DNA of 63,798 nucleotides, filler included, from Octopus bimaculoides (Eukaryota): assembly GCF_001194135.2 (NCBI RefSeq). It is 5 parts of 5 records of this genome, joined end to end, with 100 filler letters (N's around TTAATTAATTAA, not from the genome) between each part and the next. Parts side by side here need not be neighbours in the genome. Positions count along the whole stretch, not along the records: positions 50,980 to 62,627 come from NC_069000.1; 4 more parts are not named here. One strand, given 5' to 3'. The translations under genes were made by a program, and so were the position numbers. Shown here piece after piece: positions 51,331-62,240 of this stretch. Under the pieces are notes generated by a model. It saw only the letters and a program-made list of their open reading frames with translations, searched no databases and was not told the DNA's origin. Numbering within the stretch: the first letter of the stretch is position 1; every line of letters begins with the position of its first letter.

Positions 51331-51603
51331 TAGGTGCAGTCACGATCCTGTATATTGCACCTCTCAGCGTTTGGTCGTTTGGAATGAGCCAAAAGAAGTC
51401 CGCCATTTTGATGTCACTTCTAGGATTATTCACAACCATTGGTGAAATCTTCCTTGGTGTGTTTGTTGATTTGCTTCATTTTAAAAGCAACAACTTATAC
51501 ATCTTCTCTCTGCTAATATTCGCTATTACTACCATAATGATGCCATACTGTTACACCTTCCAGTACATCGCTCCTGTAGTCTGTATCTACAGTGTAGCAC
51601 ATG
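51331..51603 (+). CDS. SLC16/MCT-like MFS transporter paralog A, internal exon (about TM7-TM10), 273 bp, phase 1-1
   Basis: Acceptor ...ctttattttatcacag| and donor CATG|GTGAGT. Encodes (V)GAVTILYIAPLSVWSFGMSQKKSAILMSLLGLFTTIGEIFLGVFVDLLHF...MMPYCYTF...SVAHG. About half identical, with the same length and phase, to the exon at 58449-58721. Confidence 0.88.
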
Positions 51604-52455
51604 GTGAGTTTATAATATTATTAACATCATGAAATTAATGAAAATATTTCAATAAATTATAATAAATACGATTCTATGTTCGAAATATTGATGTTTTAAT
51701 TTTGGACGAATTATTAATCAAATCTGCACACATATGTGTTGATAGTGGTTTGCCTAGTCTTAATATTTTCTTTTTAATTTCTATACCTGTCCGTCTCAGG
51801 TTTGACTCAAGCACTTTTAAGCAATCTATATATTTCGTAAGAAAAATATACTTTTGCTCTATCTTATAGACTGCACTAACGGAAAAAGAATTCTTAGGCA
51901 TTTCTACTAAGAACATCTCTATATCATCTAGGGACACATATATGGAATCTCTTCTACAGAAAACCACTGAATTTATAAACAGATTAAGATGGCGACATTT
52001 TTTTTACGAAGCTATGTTCAATATATTAACATATGTTTTAATTTTGGACGATTTTTTTCTTAATCAAATCCGCACAATTGTGTTGATAGAGGTTTGCCGA
52101 ATCTGAATTTTTTCCTTGTATTTTTTATGTCTACATGTGTGTATGTATAATATATATATATAATTTTGGCAAAAGACCAGGAATTTTAGGTGAAGCGTTA
52201 AGTCGATAGCATCGACCCCAGTGCTCGGCATCTACTTATTTTATCTCATCCCTCAGAGGATGAAATGCAGAAGCGACCTCGGCAGCATCTGAATTCAGAA
52301 TGTAAAACCAGACGAAACACCGCTAAGCATTTTGTCCGGCGCAGCAATGATTCTTCCAGCGCGCAACCATCATTCTGTTAGACTCTTTTATGATTCCATT
52401 AATTTTATGCTTTAGACATATAATGGTCAGTGGTTCTATTCTTCGTTTACTCCAG

Positions 52456-52581
52456 GGTTTATTGTTTCACTCAGACTGGTGCTAACCACTGAAGCCGTTG
52501 GCATACAACATTCAACAAAGGCATACAGTTTTGTAAGTGTCACCAGTGGAATTGCGGGTTTATTTACCCCTCCACTTTTTG
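52456..52581 (+). CDS. SLC16/MCT-like paralog A, internal exon (TM10-TM11), 126 bp, phase 1-1
   Basis: tttactccag| acceptor and G|GTAAGT donor. Encodes GFIVSLRLVLTTEAVGIQHSTKAYSFVSVTSGIAGLFTPPLFG, with the SLC16-type G-x-A-x4-PP motif. Not present in the ORF track. Confidence 0.88.
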
Positions 52582-52848
52582 GTAAGTACATCAAAGTTAT
52601 TCTTTAAAATATTCCTCTAAATTAATATAATTACCAAATTAATACACAGTTTCTGTGTGCCTTTTCCTTCCCTATCGCTCTGCTTTTTTTCATTTACAAA
52701 ATAATGGTTTCAAATTTTGGATCAAGGCCAGGAATGCATACATACATACATACATACATACATACATACATACATACATACATACGTACATACATACATA
52801 CATACATGTATATTGATATATGAATGTTCATGTAATATTCATATATGA

Positions 52849-52889
<41 letters not shown>

Positions 52890-52899
52890 NNNNNNNNNN

Positions 52900-52937
<38 letters not shown>

Positions 52938-53613
52938 CTATAACACACACGCACACATATATATATATACACACACTCGTATATATATACTTGCGTGTCT
53001 TTGTGTTTATCCCCACACCTGACGGCTTGACAACCGGTGTTGGTTTGTGTACGTGCTCTTAATCTAGCAGTTCAGCCTAAGACTCCGATAGAATACTCAC
53101 TAAGCTTTAAAATAAATACTGAGGACGGTTTGTCCGACTAAGCGTTTCAAGGCTGTGCCGTAGACTGGCCGCGGTCTTTTAACTGAAACAAATAAGATAT
53201 GCAAGATTATATTGACAAGATACTCTACCGAGGTAAATCATAACATAGCTAAAGAAAGCAGACAGAAATAAATGATAACATTGTCAGCGCAATTATATTG
53301 ATCCAAATAATTAGCACTGTCTCTTTATTTGTTATTTGTTGCACGGTTCAGCTATTGGACTGCGGCCATACTGGGGCACCACCTAGATGTGTTTGGTCGA
53401 ACAAATCTATGCAAATACTTATTCTAAAATCTGTTACTTATTCTATGGACTTCTTTTGTTGAACCACTGAGATACAGGGGCCAGTCGATTAGATCGACCA
53501 CAGTACGCAACTGGTACTAAATTTATCGATACCGAAACGATGAAAGTCAAATTCGACCTCGGCGGAATTTGAACTCAGAACGTAAGGACAGGCGACAGAC
53601 GAAATACTGCTAA

Positions 53614-53990
53614 GCAATCGAAGTCGCATGTCGAGGGTTTGTTGGACACAGTGTGAAGCGACTGTTGTTATCGTTAGGCCTAACTCATCGTAAGGTAAAT
53701 GCCACCATGACCGATATCCAAACCACAGCGGAGAAGGCTAGCCACTGGATTGGGTTAAAAAGAGACGATGAGCGATGACTAGAGAAATATTGAGCTTTGT
53801 TTTTAATAAACAGTTGATCTAGCATGCGGGGCCTCATATCAGTGAGGTGGGGCCGGTGCGCATTGATCCCGTCGAGAGGTGGTCCCCGAAACGGCGTGCT
53901 TTCTCTCCTTATGACCCCATAAACTTACTGGCTTCCGGTTTGCGGAGTTCTCGACTGGTAGCACCTGCGTGTGCAAGTTGTTAGCAAAAC
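53614..53990 (+). mobile_element. 3' end of a restriction-like-endonuclease non-LTR element (HERO/NeSL-like) in an intron of paralog A
   Basis: AIEVACRGFVGHSVKRLLLSLG...TAEKASHWIGLKRDDER* (53614-53778) matches the EVGCRGF...AE-x-AS-x-W-x-W-x-KR pattern. Confidence 0.7.
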
Positions 53991-54073
53991 ATTCAATAGC
54001 ATAGATCAATGTTCGAAAATTATAATGATGCGAAATTTTCCATGTTTTTAGTGAAACTCGTTTATCCTTTTAG

Positions 54074-54195
54074 GACTGGTTTACGACGTCACCGGATCGT
54101 TTCTGATTGTCTTCTGTGGAGCTGGCTTTTGTTCTTTAATTGGACTAGTGTTTATTTTGACAGTAGTTTTACGTAATAAGTTTTCTGTCAAATGA
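54074..54195 (+). CDS. SLC16/MCT-like paralog A, last coding exon (TM12 and stop)
   Basis: tttatccttttag| acceptor, phase 1. Encodes GLVYDVTGSFLIVFCGAGFCSLIGLVFILTVVLRNKFSVK*, matching the SLC16 C-terminal G-x2-(Y/F)D-x-TG-x-(Y/F) motif. TGA at 54193-54195. Confidence 0.88.
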
Positions 54196-54359
54196 ATTAT
54201 ATTTTAGAAATTGTTGTTCGTGTTTTGTTTTTGAATATGACTTCGTTTATATGAAGTTGTTGTGAAGCTCTTGTCGAATGACTATAAATAATATACTATA
54301 TGTGTGTATTTTTGCGCGTGTTGAAAACCGGCTCCCTCCTCAGTGGAAGATTTATAATA

Positions 54360-55639
54360 TTAGGTCGTCAAGTATGAAATTTGTTATAAGGTATATGATA
54401 AACTTTGACAGCTGCTCATTTTGTGCCATTATTATATTTTAACAACCTTTATCTTTTGCTAGAAAGCTGACACATCAATTTCTTTATTCTAACTCATCTT
54501 GCGCTTTATAAAGTATTTATAAATCGTTTTTTGCTATTTTTGTTTAGCGATGGATAAGTTAGAAATTCGTACAGATTTGAAATATGAGTTCTTTCTTGGA
54601 AATACAGCATCACAAACAGCTCGGAATATTAATGGAGTATTTCATACTAATTTTATTATACAGCAGACAGTATCAAATTGGTTTGCAAAATTTCGTTCTG
54701 GTAACTTTGACCTCACAAATGAGCAACGCGGTCGACCAGAAACAAAGGTGGATAATGACGAACTGAAAGCCACAGTCGAGTCAGATCCATCCCCAAGTGC
54801 CCGTGAATTATCGTTGTTGTTTGGTGTTAGCAAGCAAATAATATTGACTCAGCTGGTTCAAATCGGTAAAGTGAAAAAAGTTGGATAATTGGGTTCCACA
54901 TGAACTCAATGAAAATCAGAAACATCAACGTTTGGAAGCCTGCATTATTTCTCGTCATAAAAATGAATCATTTTTAAATCGAATTGTAACATGTGATGAG
55001 AAATGGATCCAATACAACAACCGTAAACGTTCAGCACAATGGTTGGACAAAGACGAGTCACCAAAAGACAGTCCAAAAAGCAAAATTCATCAAAAGAAGC
55101 TGATGGTGTGTGTTTGGTGGTCTGGCGCAGGTGTGATCCACTATGATTTCATTAAACTTGGCTCATCAATCACGGCCGAAGTATACTGCAGCCAACTGGA
55201 GCAAATGATGCAGAAATTTACAAAAAACAGCCTAGATTAGTCAACAGACCCTCTCCTATTTAATTGCAAGACAACGCCAGACCACACATCGTAAAAATGA
55301 CATTGGCGAAACTCCAGGAGTTGGAATTGGAAGTTCTCCATCATCCACCATACTCACCTGATATTGATACCCCCACTTACCCCCACTTCTTCCAGAATTG
55401 GAATAACTTTTTGATTGGAAAAAATTTAATTCCGACGATGCTGTAAAACAGGCCTTCCAAGATTTTATTGACTCCAGATAGCCAGCTTTTACAATCCCGG
55501 GCTGGACAAGCTACCGCTGAAATGGCAAAAGTGTATTGACAACATGGGAGCATACTTTGATGAATAAAACTATTCCTTGTTTTCATAAAACATTAGCAAA
55601 CTTTTTTCTTTTCTGCAAATCTCATACTTGACGACCTAA
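54360..55639 (+). mobile_element. Full-length defective mariner
   Basis: TIRs TTAGGTCGTCAAGTATGA(A/G)ATTTG flanked by TA; 1280 bp. Transposase split into three ORFs containing WVPHEL, VTCDEKW, QDNARPH and YSPD. Confidence 0.93.
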
Positions 55640-56323
55640 TAATTAACGACCTAATTGACGACCTAATAATTAACAAATAGAAGAGTCATACATACATACA
55701 TACATACATGCATACATTCATAACGATTGCCTCATCCTATCCGATGATAACGGTCTTACATTCAGCAACTTTGCTCTGGTTTTCTTTCATCTTTGCATGT
55801 CCGCAGAAATGACTGCATCCATCACGATGGGACTTTATAAAGTACAAAACGGATCAAGAAATGAAACGAACAATGAAACATTTGTTCGTTCTAAGATTTA
55901 AGTGACACTAACTTGTACGACAGTTTTGCCACCCCCTCGGTCACCACAGTAGGTTCCAACAACAAAAATTGCAACATGACTGGTACTCTTTTGGCGGTAA
56001 GTTTCTGTTAGAGTGTCTTCTCCTAGAAGAGCTGCATTCCCTAAGGCTTTGTTAAAAAGAACGCGAGCCTCCTCTTCTACCCTTCTATTTAATTCGTAGA
56101 TAGGACCCAGACAGGTATTACTGTCCAGATTCAGAACAGACCAGTGAATAATGGTAATTAAGGGTGACTCAAAGCTCCCCAGAACTCCCGAACTGTAGCT
56201 TAATGCCATATCCATGACATTCATATACACATACAAACAAGGAAAATAATATGAAAGCCTTGAAAATGCGCTAATTTTTTATACATATATACGTTGGAAG
56301 AAAACATAAGAGGTAAGAATTTT

Positions 56324-56360
<37 letters not shown>

Positions 56361-56634
56361 AAAAATACAAAAATATGTTATCATATAATAAAAGACTTTA
56401 CGTAACATCTTATTTTGCCATAAGATTGAAAATCTTTATTGAGACGATAAATTTTGAATTGAGAGATATTTTACAAGTAATTCTAGCATTTCTTATATCT
56501 TTATAGTGATTCACTCATTGAATTAAATATCTCCTGTTTAGACCTTAAATCGTTCATCTTTTAAAGATCGATCTTATTGATTAATAGAAAAATTAACAGT
56601 TTAAAAAACAAAGAAAAAAATTAGAGAACAGTGT

Positions 56635-56765
56635 TTATTTCTGCAGACGTTTTTTACATGCACCGCGAAAGCAAATTAAAATCATTAAGATTAATGAAGT
56701 AAACGCGCATGCTCCACCTAAATAAAAAACCATGACAAATGATTTTGTGACGTCAAAAATCAGTC
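56635..56765 (-). CDS. SLC16/MCT-like paralog B, last coding exon (TM12 and stop)
   Basis: catttttaatttcag| acceptor, phase 1. Encodes GLIFDVTKSFVMVFYLGGACAFTSLILMILICFRGACKKRLQK*. TAA at 56637-56635. Confidence 0.88.
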
Positions 56766-57925
56766 CTGAAATTAAAAATGATTTCATTCATTAAATTGAA
56801 AATTATTTTATATTTCGTTTGCATAGAGTGACGTTACCCCCACCTCATTAAATCTTTCAGATATTAATTGTCAAAAGTTCATTTACTCTTTCATTCAACT
56901 GTTAATATCTTCTATACTAACTGCAGAATATAAACAGAACAAATAATTTCTAATAACTCCTACCCACTGGGGATGGAGTAAGTAGGTAACCTCAAGTTAA
57001 TAATTTTTTTTTTCTATAGCAGAATATGGCTCACACCATGAGGCCAAAAATCAATCCAGTTTTCAAATCATTCGTATACATTTTATCCGACAAAAAACAT
57101 CAAAATTGTCCACCGTTTTCCTCATTACTAAAATTGCAATTAGCTAATATACAATTAACTATGCTGAATAAGCAGCTTGAGGAGGCGTCTTCCTGGGGTT
57201 CAAATAGCAGTGTCGTCTATTTTTATAGAATACCCGCGTTTAGATGGCAATAAACATTATTCTCATTACTTCAACAGATTTCAACACTAGCGTTCGGGAA
57301 ACAGCATGCTTGTTATGTCTATCATCATCATAGACACAAGTAGTCAACTGTTACTTTTCTATCGAACATTGAGTAAAGGAAAGCATTGTTGATCGTTTTA
57401 ATAATATTGATTTCAAATTTTGGAGCAAGGCCGGTAATTGTTTTGTGGGGGAGGGGGAGATTAGGCAATTGTGTCGACCCCAGTATTCTCTTTCATCGAC
57501 CCCAAAAGGGTGAAAGCCAAACTTGACTTTGGTGGGAATTGAACTCAAAAACGTAAAATCGGAAGGAAAAGTGTCATGTATTTTGCCCAACGAATTAATA
57601 ATTCTACCATCCCACCTTAGCTACTTCAGCAAAATTTCTTTCTACTAAAGTCACAAAGCCTGAAATTTATTTTTGTTTTTTTCTTTTGGTGGGGTGAGGG
57701 TACTAGTCGATTCCATCAACCCCAAAGTTCACTGGTACTTAATTTATCGACCACGAAAGGATAAAAGGTACAATCGACCTCGGTAGAATTTGAACTCAGA
57801 AAGTGAAGCAAACGAAATCCTGCTAAGTATTTCGCCCGGCGTGCTAACGATTCTGCCAGCTCAATAATGCCTTCGGCTCGTCTACTCCCTACTTGATAGT
57901 ATTTTAGTAATATTAATGAACTTAC

Positions 57926-58051
57926 CAAACGTAGGAGGGGAAGCGAAATAGCCAATTCCACAGAACACACTTAGAATACTGAATGCTTTTGTGGACGCTT
58001 CTAAACCAGCTACGTCTGTTGTGAGGACCAGTCTGAGAGATACTCCTAAAC
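57926..58051 (-). CDS. SLC16/MCT-like paralog B, internal exon (TM10-TM11), 126 bp, phase 1-1
   Basis: tttcaatttattccag| acceptor and TTTG|GTAAGT donor. Encodes GLGVSLRLVLTTDVAGLEASTKAFSILSVFCGIGYFASPPTFG. Confidence 0.88.
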
Positions 58052-58448
58052 CTGGAATAAATTGAAAAGAGAAGACCAGAATAGTATATTCATAATTTGA
58101 CGATATATTGGCAGAGGTTATGTTCTTGGTCCATAGGAAATTCAAAACTCTGTATAATAAACATTTTCATTCAGAAGGAATTTTCGTTCCACTTTCTTTG
58201 TTTATTACTCTTTTACTTGTTTCAGTCATTTGACTGTGGCCATGCTGGAGCACCGCCTTTAGTCGAGCAAATCGACCCCAGGACTTACCCCAGAAGAATA
58301 CGTTCACAAAGACGCATATATTTATATCCCTAATACTCTTTTAAGACTTATGCAAGACATGGGAGGATCTGATAATGCTTCTCAAACTGTTTGCTTTTAC
58401 GTGAATGTAGTTAATATATAATCATAAAAACGGGTTTCACAAACTTAC

Positions 58449-58721
58449 CAATCGCAAAGCCAAAAATACTTGTTACGCAAGCCATGAGTATAAAGTGGTT
58501 ACAGAAAGGCATCATTGCTGAGGTAATTGTGACAAGGAACAATGAGAACATGAAGACCTTCTTGCTGCTAAAGTGAAACACATCAACAAATACTCCGAGT
58601 AACAGTTCACCAATAGTTGTACAAAATCCCAGAATAATCATGAGGACTGCAGACGTCTTTTGGCTCATTCCAAATGACCAAACACATAGGGGTGGTATAA
58701 AGGTGCACAAGGCCGAAGAAC
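58449..58721 (-). CDS. SLC16/MCT-like paralog B, internal exon (about TM7-TM10), 273 bp, phase 1-1
   Basis: ctattttag| acceptor and ATTG|GTAAGT donor. Encodes SSALCTFIPPLCVWSFGMSQKTSAVLMIILGFCTTIGELLLGVFVDVFHF...MMPFCNHF...FGFAIG. Confidence 0.88.
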
Positions 58722-59573
58722 CTAAAATAGAGTTCATATACATACATGCATATATATATATATATATAATATATATATATATACATANNNNNNNNNNNNN
58801 NNNNNNNNNNNNNNNNNNNNNNNNNNNNNNNNNNNNNNNNNNNNNNNNNNNNNNNNNNNNNNNNNNNNNNNNNNNNNNNNNNNNNNNNNNNNNNNNNNNN
58901 NNNNNNNNNNNNNNNNNNNNNNNNNNNNNNNNNNNNNNNNNNNNNNNNNNNNNNNNNNNNNNNNNNNNNNNNNNNNNNNNNNNNNNNNNNNNNNNNNNNN
59001 NNNNNNNNNNNNNNNNNNNNNNNNNNNNNNNNNNNNNNNNNNNNNNNNNNNNNNNNNNNNNNNNNNNNNNNNNNNNNNNNNNNNNNNNNNNNNNNNNNNN
59101 NNNNNNNNNNNNNNNNNNNNNNNNNNNNNNNNNNNNNNNNNNNNNNNNNNNNNNNNNNNNNNNNNNNNNNNNNNNNNNNNNNNNNNNNNNNNNNNNNNNN
59201 NNNNNNNNNNNNNNNNNNNNNNNNNNNNNNNNNNNNNNNNNNNNNNNNNNNNNNNNNNNNNNNNNNNNNNNNNNNNNNNNNNNNNNNNNNNNNNNNNNNN
59301 NNNNNNNNNNNNNNNNNNNNNNNNNNNNNNNNNNNNNNNNNNNNNNNNNNNNNNNNNNNNNNNNNNNNNNNNNNNNNNNNNNNNNNNNNNNNNNNNNNNN
59401 NNNNNNNNNNNNNNNNNNNNNNNNNNNNNNNNNNNNNNNNNNNNNNNNNNNNNNNNNNNNNNNNNNNNNNNNNNNNNNNNNNNNNNNNNNNNNNNNNNNN
59501 NNNNNNNNNNNNNNNNNNNNNNNNNNNNNNNNNNNNNNNNNNNNNNNNNNNNNNNNNNNNNNNNNNNNNNNNN

Positions 59574-59633
<60 letters not shown>

Positions 59634-62002
59634 ACCGTGTTGGACCTCTTTTTAGGTGCAAAATATACTGTCATGTGACACTAATGTACAGATGCAGCGG
59701 GAAACGTACAGAGGTTATAAACTTAATCATGTGTTCATTCTCTACAAACACCTGACAGAAAATAGTCAAAGCATTGATTGTTTGGACTTGTTGACTCAAC
59801 CATGTCAGTCTTAACTTTCGACGCCTGACTATGTCACTTGATAATAACACACAGACGTAGCAGGGAACTTACAAACATTTCTAAGACCAATCAAATCCTT
59901 TTGGACAATCTTCAGGAGTCTTGGAGGTCAGCCAATCTTGGCAAAGATTTTGAACAGGCCTATTCAAAACATATACTAATTTGAGCCATGAACTCACTCT
60001 AAAAGTAGGGCAAGCTTCAAACACTAGTCAGAAGCAAGATAGCTGCGACATAAACCACATGTTTCTATTTGACCTTTTTGAAAATCAGCGTAAACTGAAA
60101 CCGGTTACAGTTTCATATATTTTAATAAAAAATATATCAATTATTCTCAGTGCATTNNNNNNNNNNNNNNNNNNNNNNNNNNNNNNNNNNNNNNNNNNNN
60201 NNNNNNNNNNNNNNNNNNNNNNNNNNNNNNNNNNNNNNNNNNNNNNNNNNNNNNNNTATTTCCTACATGGTTGTTTATCACTTAGACACGCACACACACA
60301 CACGTATCGATGTAGACAAAATCATTTATCATGTAGTTAGCCACACGAATACCAATAAAGGTTTTGGTATCAGTATAGAGACACAGCGATTAAATATTTA
60401 GAGAATGACGTAGGTGGGGGTGGGAATAGCCATAGCTGATTCTTGATATGAAACCTGGTTAATGAAGTAATTACTCACATACTTAGTATAATGAGTAAAG
60501 AAAACGTAATTAATTAAGATAACACAGTGAAGTGAAAAATTAATTACAATAATGAAAATAATTTGATATTGGATGCATTGAGAATTGTGTCTGACTTTCA
60601 GCTGTGACAACTGGTGATATGTTTCGATCTTATTGGTGTTCATCAGCGAAACATTGTCTTTAACTGTTAATGTGATATATTAGATGACAGAGACATATAA
60701 GAAATGTTAATAAATGATCACAGAGGTAGGAGTGATAAGGTAGGAGAATCACGGATGGCTTTTAGAGGAGAACAACCTAGAAAGTAGACCCTAAATGAAT
60801 TCCTTTGGTAAGCCTTTATATTCTAATTAAAATTACAACATTAATAAGTATAATTTTTTTTAACTACACAAAATTCGTACTCAATCCACAAATATGAAGT
60901 ATGTGACGAGACAAATATCATTGGATTAGTCTGTGTCGCTTGCTTGGGATTTTCCAAATATTCAGGTTATATAAATATGACGAGAAATAAATAGAAAATA
61001 GAAAAACGTGAGCCCTAAGTAGAAATATTTCTCTCTATTGCAAAGAGAGAAACAACTATTTTATATTTTAATTCCGTATAAGCACACGAAGCAGTTATGA
61101 TCGAAATAATGATGTGTATATTTATTTTTAACAGGTCTGTAGAGAGAGCTGTGTTCTCCAACATAAAATACCGCAACGAATGCATTTCACATTTTGACGT
61201 TCAGGAACGTGTTGTGAATAAGCATACACATTATTTATCTGTAGTTCATCAAAGTTTTGTCACAATTTTACAGTTTTCTGACCTTTATCTCTCCTAATTG
61301 GGCAGTTATCACAATCATTTACAAGAGATCATATTCCAACAGTTACCTTTTATCTTTTACCTGTTTCAGTCATTAGACTGCAGTCATGCTGGGGCATCGC
61401 TCTGAAGAATTTTCGTCGAGTGAATCGATCTCAGTACTGTTTTAAATCTTGGTATTTTTTCTGTTGGTCTCCTTTGCTGAACCACTAAGTTACGGGGACA
61501 TAAACACACCAGCACCAGGTGTCAAACGGTTGTAGGGGACAGATACAAACACGCACACACAGATAGATAGATNNNNNNNNNNNNNNNNNNNNNNNNNNNN
61601 NNNNNNNNNNNNNNNGTTTCCATCAAGCAAATCCACTGGACCTGAGGCCATAGTTGAAGACACTTGTCCAAAGCGCTACACAGTGGGAGTGAATCCGGAA
61701 CCTTGTGGATGGAAAGAAAACTTCTTATCACACACGAATGCCTGTCACAATTATCCCGGATAACATAAACACATTCACTGAAATNNNNNNNNNNNNNNNN
61801 NNNNNNNNNNNNNNNNNNNNNNNNNNNNNNNNNNNNNNNNNNNNNNNNNNNNNNNNNNNNNNNNNNNNNNNNNNNNNNNNNNNNATATATATATATATAT
61901 AAGTGACCGTATTATGTCAGCTTTCATAATGCGTAAGTTTTGAACTTAGAAAATGCATAAAATCATTCGAATAACACCAGCAGCAGCAGCCGTAGCTGCA
62001 GC

Positions 62003-62066
<64 letters not shown>

Positions 62067-62071
62067 CTCAC

Positions 62072-62240
62072 ACACCCAACCAACGTAGGCCATCGTGAGC
62101 AGCACAAAGTCGATATTTCTAAAATTCTTAGCTCCAATTGAAATTGATCGGCGTTCCACTACTGAATTTCTATGTAGTCTCTGCTTGTTTATAATGGTTT
62201 CATCTTTGATGCCACTTTTATCTGCTGGTGGAGGACTCTG
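62072..62240 (-). CDS. SLC16/MCT-like paralog B, exon with the end of the central loop and start of TM7, phase 0-1
   Basis: ttttatcaattttag| acceptor and GTGT|GTGAGT donor. Encodes QSPPPADKSGIKDETIINKQRLHRNSVVERRSISIGAKNFRNIDFVLLTMAYVGWV. Resembles the (L/F)-(K/R)-N-x2-F entry into SLC16 TM7 and joins the 58721 exon in phase. Confidence 0.72.
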
